From Callorhinchus milii (Eukaryota), in contig NW_024705350.1 in NCBI RefSeq assembly GCF_018977255.1, positions 1-52,280 on the forward strand: DNA of 52,280 nucleotides, given 5' to 3'. Shown one piece after another: positions 50,286 to 52,280 of this stretch. The translations under genes and the position numbers were made by a program. The notes beneath the pieces are model-generated. The model saw nothing but the letters and a program-made list of their open reading frames with translations. It did no database searches and had not been told where the DNA came from. Position 1 is the first letter of the stretch. Every line of letters begins with the position of its first letter.

Positions 50286-51025
50286 TCAATTTTCAATGCT
50301 CTTCGTTTGAGCAGGCGCGCACTGTGAGTGATAAGGTTGGTGGATCAGCAGGCGAATGCAGATGACTCTGTGGGCCAGCACAGCTCAGAGTCTGGGTTTG
50401 AAGCCCAGTCAGCAATGTGAGATGAAAACGTCGTTCAACTTTTTCAGTGTAGCAAGCTGATGGTCATCAAAGCCTGTTTGAGAAAAAGATGGGGGAAAAA
50501 GCTACGAGAGCGGGTAGTTGAGTTTTGTAGTTAACGTCGCTCAGCTCGTGTCCATGGATGTATCATATTTGAAGACATCAGAGAGTGGCAGAGAGGCGCA
50601 GTACTGCCCTAGCCAGCCACCAGGTGAGGTTGTCGTATGGACTACGTAAACCAATTGTGAAGAGTGTGACTCAGAGGCTCCACCTTTGACCAAATGATGA
50701 TGACCTATGAGTATTGGCCAATGACCGCATTACCCGGTATGCCAGAGACGGTGGGGACTATGCACGTGGCTTGTAATCCAGCGCTGCGGAGCAGGCGAGG
50801 GTTGGTGTCTGCATGGGAAGGAGCGGCAATGGGCAACCTCGACTGGCTGGTTGGTGGCCTCATGCACAGTCCTCCTTCACCTAAGTGGACCGAAAGCTTC
50901 AAATCGTGCTTATGCACTCACAATGGCCCCACGTATAACCCGAGACGCACGCTGAGACCAGGCCAACGCGAAAGGCTCCACGGGACGCATGCGGCCAGCA
51001 GGCCTTGGTTTGCCCACCACTGGAT

Positions 51026-51083
51026 AGAGCGTTTCCCCCTCGCATGCGTGGGTTTCCTCCAGGCGCTTCGGTTTCCTCCCACA
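51026..51083 (+). mobile_element. V-domain fragment of a second V-SINE subfamily (antisense relative at about 40950-40990)
   Basis: GCGTGGGTTTCCTCCAGGCGCTTCGGTTTCCTCCCACA. Confidence 0.6.
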
Positions 51084-51539
51084 TGATAAACACTCATTAA
51101 TTGGCTGATACCTTGACATACAGTGGACCGCAGAGCTTGGCCAATTGTAAGCTGCCGGCTCAGTGCGCGGCTCCCTTCCCGCTTTTCTGTGGTTCCTCAC
51201 CCCTTCTGTGTCCTTCTCTCTCTATGAGAGCGAGTGAATATGCTGTGCAGCGGTGCAGTATAAGTTGAAATCATGATTATTATTATTATTGTCTCGGAAA
51301 CGTCCCAAAACGGGGATGCGGTGGTCCGATTAGCACCTTCGCTTAGCCGCGGTTGGCTACATACGGTGCGAAAGAAGTTAAAATAAGTTAAAGAATTCTC
51401 AAAATGTTCAGCATTTTGAATAGTAATCGGAGTAGAAGGCTGCTGTGGGCTGATAGGTGACGTGAGGTTCGTGTTTTTGAAAGTTCGAGCTGACGATAAA
51501 CTTTTGTAAGAGGAAGCACGATGCCACAAATCACAGCGC

Positions 51540-51960
51540 TAGGCGATCGCGGAGGAAGGCGCTGCGGTGTTTCACAAGAGCGTCATCGTCGGCCAGTCGC
51601 GGGCGACGGCATTGCGATGTAGTTTTCCCCATGTAGCAATTTGCAGTGTCATTCTTTAAAATTTGAACCCGGCACATAACGGCCAACCACTTTTAGTTCT
51701 TCCCCAATAACCTGACGGTATCTTTACCGTCCGCTGTGAAGCGGGCCGGCGAGCAGCAGCAAGTCAAGGTTAACACCTCCCCTCCACGCAGTATTAACCA
51801 GGGCGGCCGCGGGGCACGAACCGCGGCAACAGCTCGGATCGCTGATACGTTTGTGGCACGGCGCTGAGAGAGGCCTCGCCCGTCGATGCATTATTCAGCG
51901 GCGCAATGCGACACTGGCGCAAGCGGCCGTGAACTCGATGCCCTTCTCGTATTCGGCACC
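51540..51960 (-). promoter_or_regulatory. CpG/GC-rich candidate annexin promoter with possible non-coding exon 1 (about 51728-51765)
   Basis: CpG-dense segment upstream of the ATG exon, which has an acceptor and so needs an upstream exon. Minus-strand donor ACG|gtaaag at 51727, TATA-like TTAATAC at 51797-51791, GC box GGGCGG at 51801-51806. Confidence 0.35.
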
Positions 51961-52074
51961 GGTGCTGCATATTGCAGGAGGACTCTGTCTTGCAACAATC
52001 GTGAATAATAGGAAGGACTTTAGGAAGAAAAGGGTGGCAGATTGTAGGAGTTTTTCGTGGACTCTGCAGCTCCA

Positions 52075-52126
52075 CCGATAACGGGAGTCGCGGATAATAG
52101 GCTCGCGGATACGGTGGCATCTCCTG
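52075..52126. mobile_element. Right end of a Tigger-like element
   Basis: Subterminal CGCGGATA repeats ending CCTG|TA, like the right end of the 32835 MITE; left TIR not found. Confidence 0.4.
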
Positions 52127-52280
52127 TAAATATTTACACTGGTGGGAAGGAAAACCATCACTGGGATGAGCAACATTTGATGTATGTTTTGAATGTGTTA
52201 TACTACGTGTTGTCAGAAGATAGTCTGAAAATAGGACAAATATTCAAGCTGATGATGTCACCACTTTGAAGGGGACTTGA

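Overview
Eukaryotic (animal, probably early-branching vertebrate such as a cyclostome; tentative) genomic DNA in three parts. (1) 1-1745 is natural-looking but unassigned sequence, followed by a 30-N gap (1746-1775). (2) About 1.84-27.6 kb is a featureless block that reads like random or shuffled sequence: no recognisable repeats, exons or low-complexity tracts, with CpG and TpA common. I treat it as probably non-biological. (3) About 27.6-52.3 kb holds a minus-strand annexin gene, most like ANXA4. I reconstructed 11 phase-compatible GT-AG coding exons (918 nt, 306 aa, no stop codon); the terminal exon is missing where the featureless block begins. The introns are dense with mobile elements: V-SINE-like and other tRNA-derived SINEs, RTE and L2/CR1 LINE remnants, Tigger-like and Harbinger-like MITEs, and a Penelope-like GIY-YIG element with a decayed short-stem-III hammerhead ribozyme. 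The most notable biological signal is a small non-autonomous Penelope-like, hammerhead-bearing family that has inserted into other repeats with target-site duplications. I found no convincing wholly new biological system.
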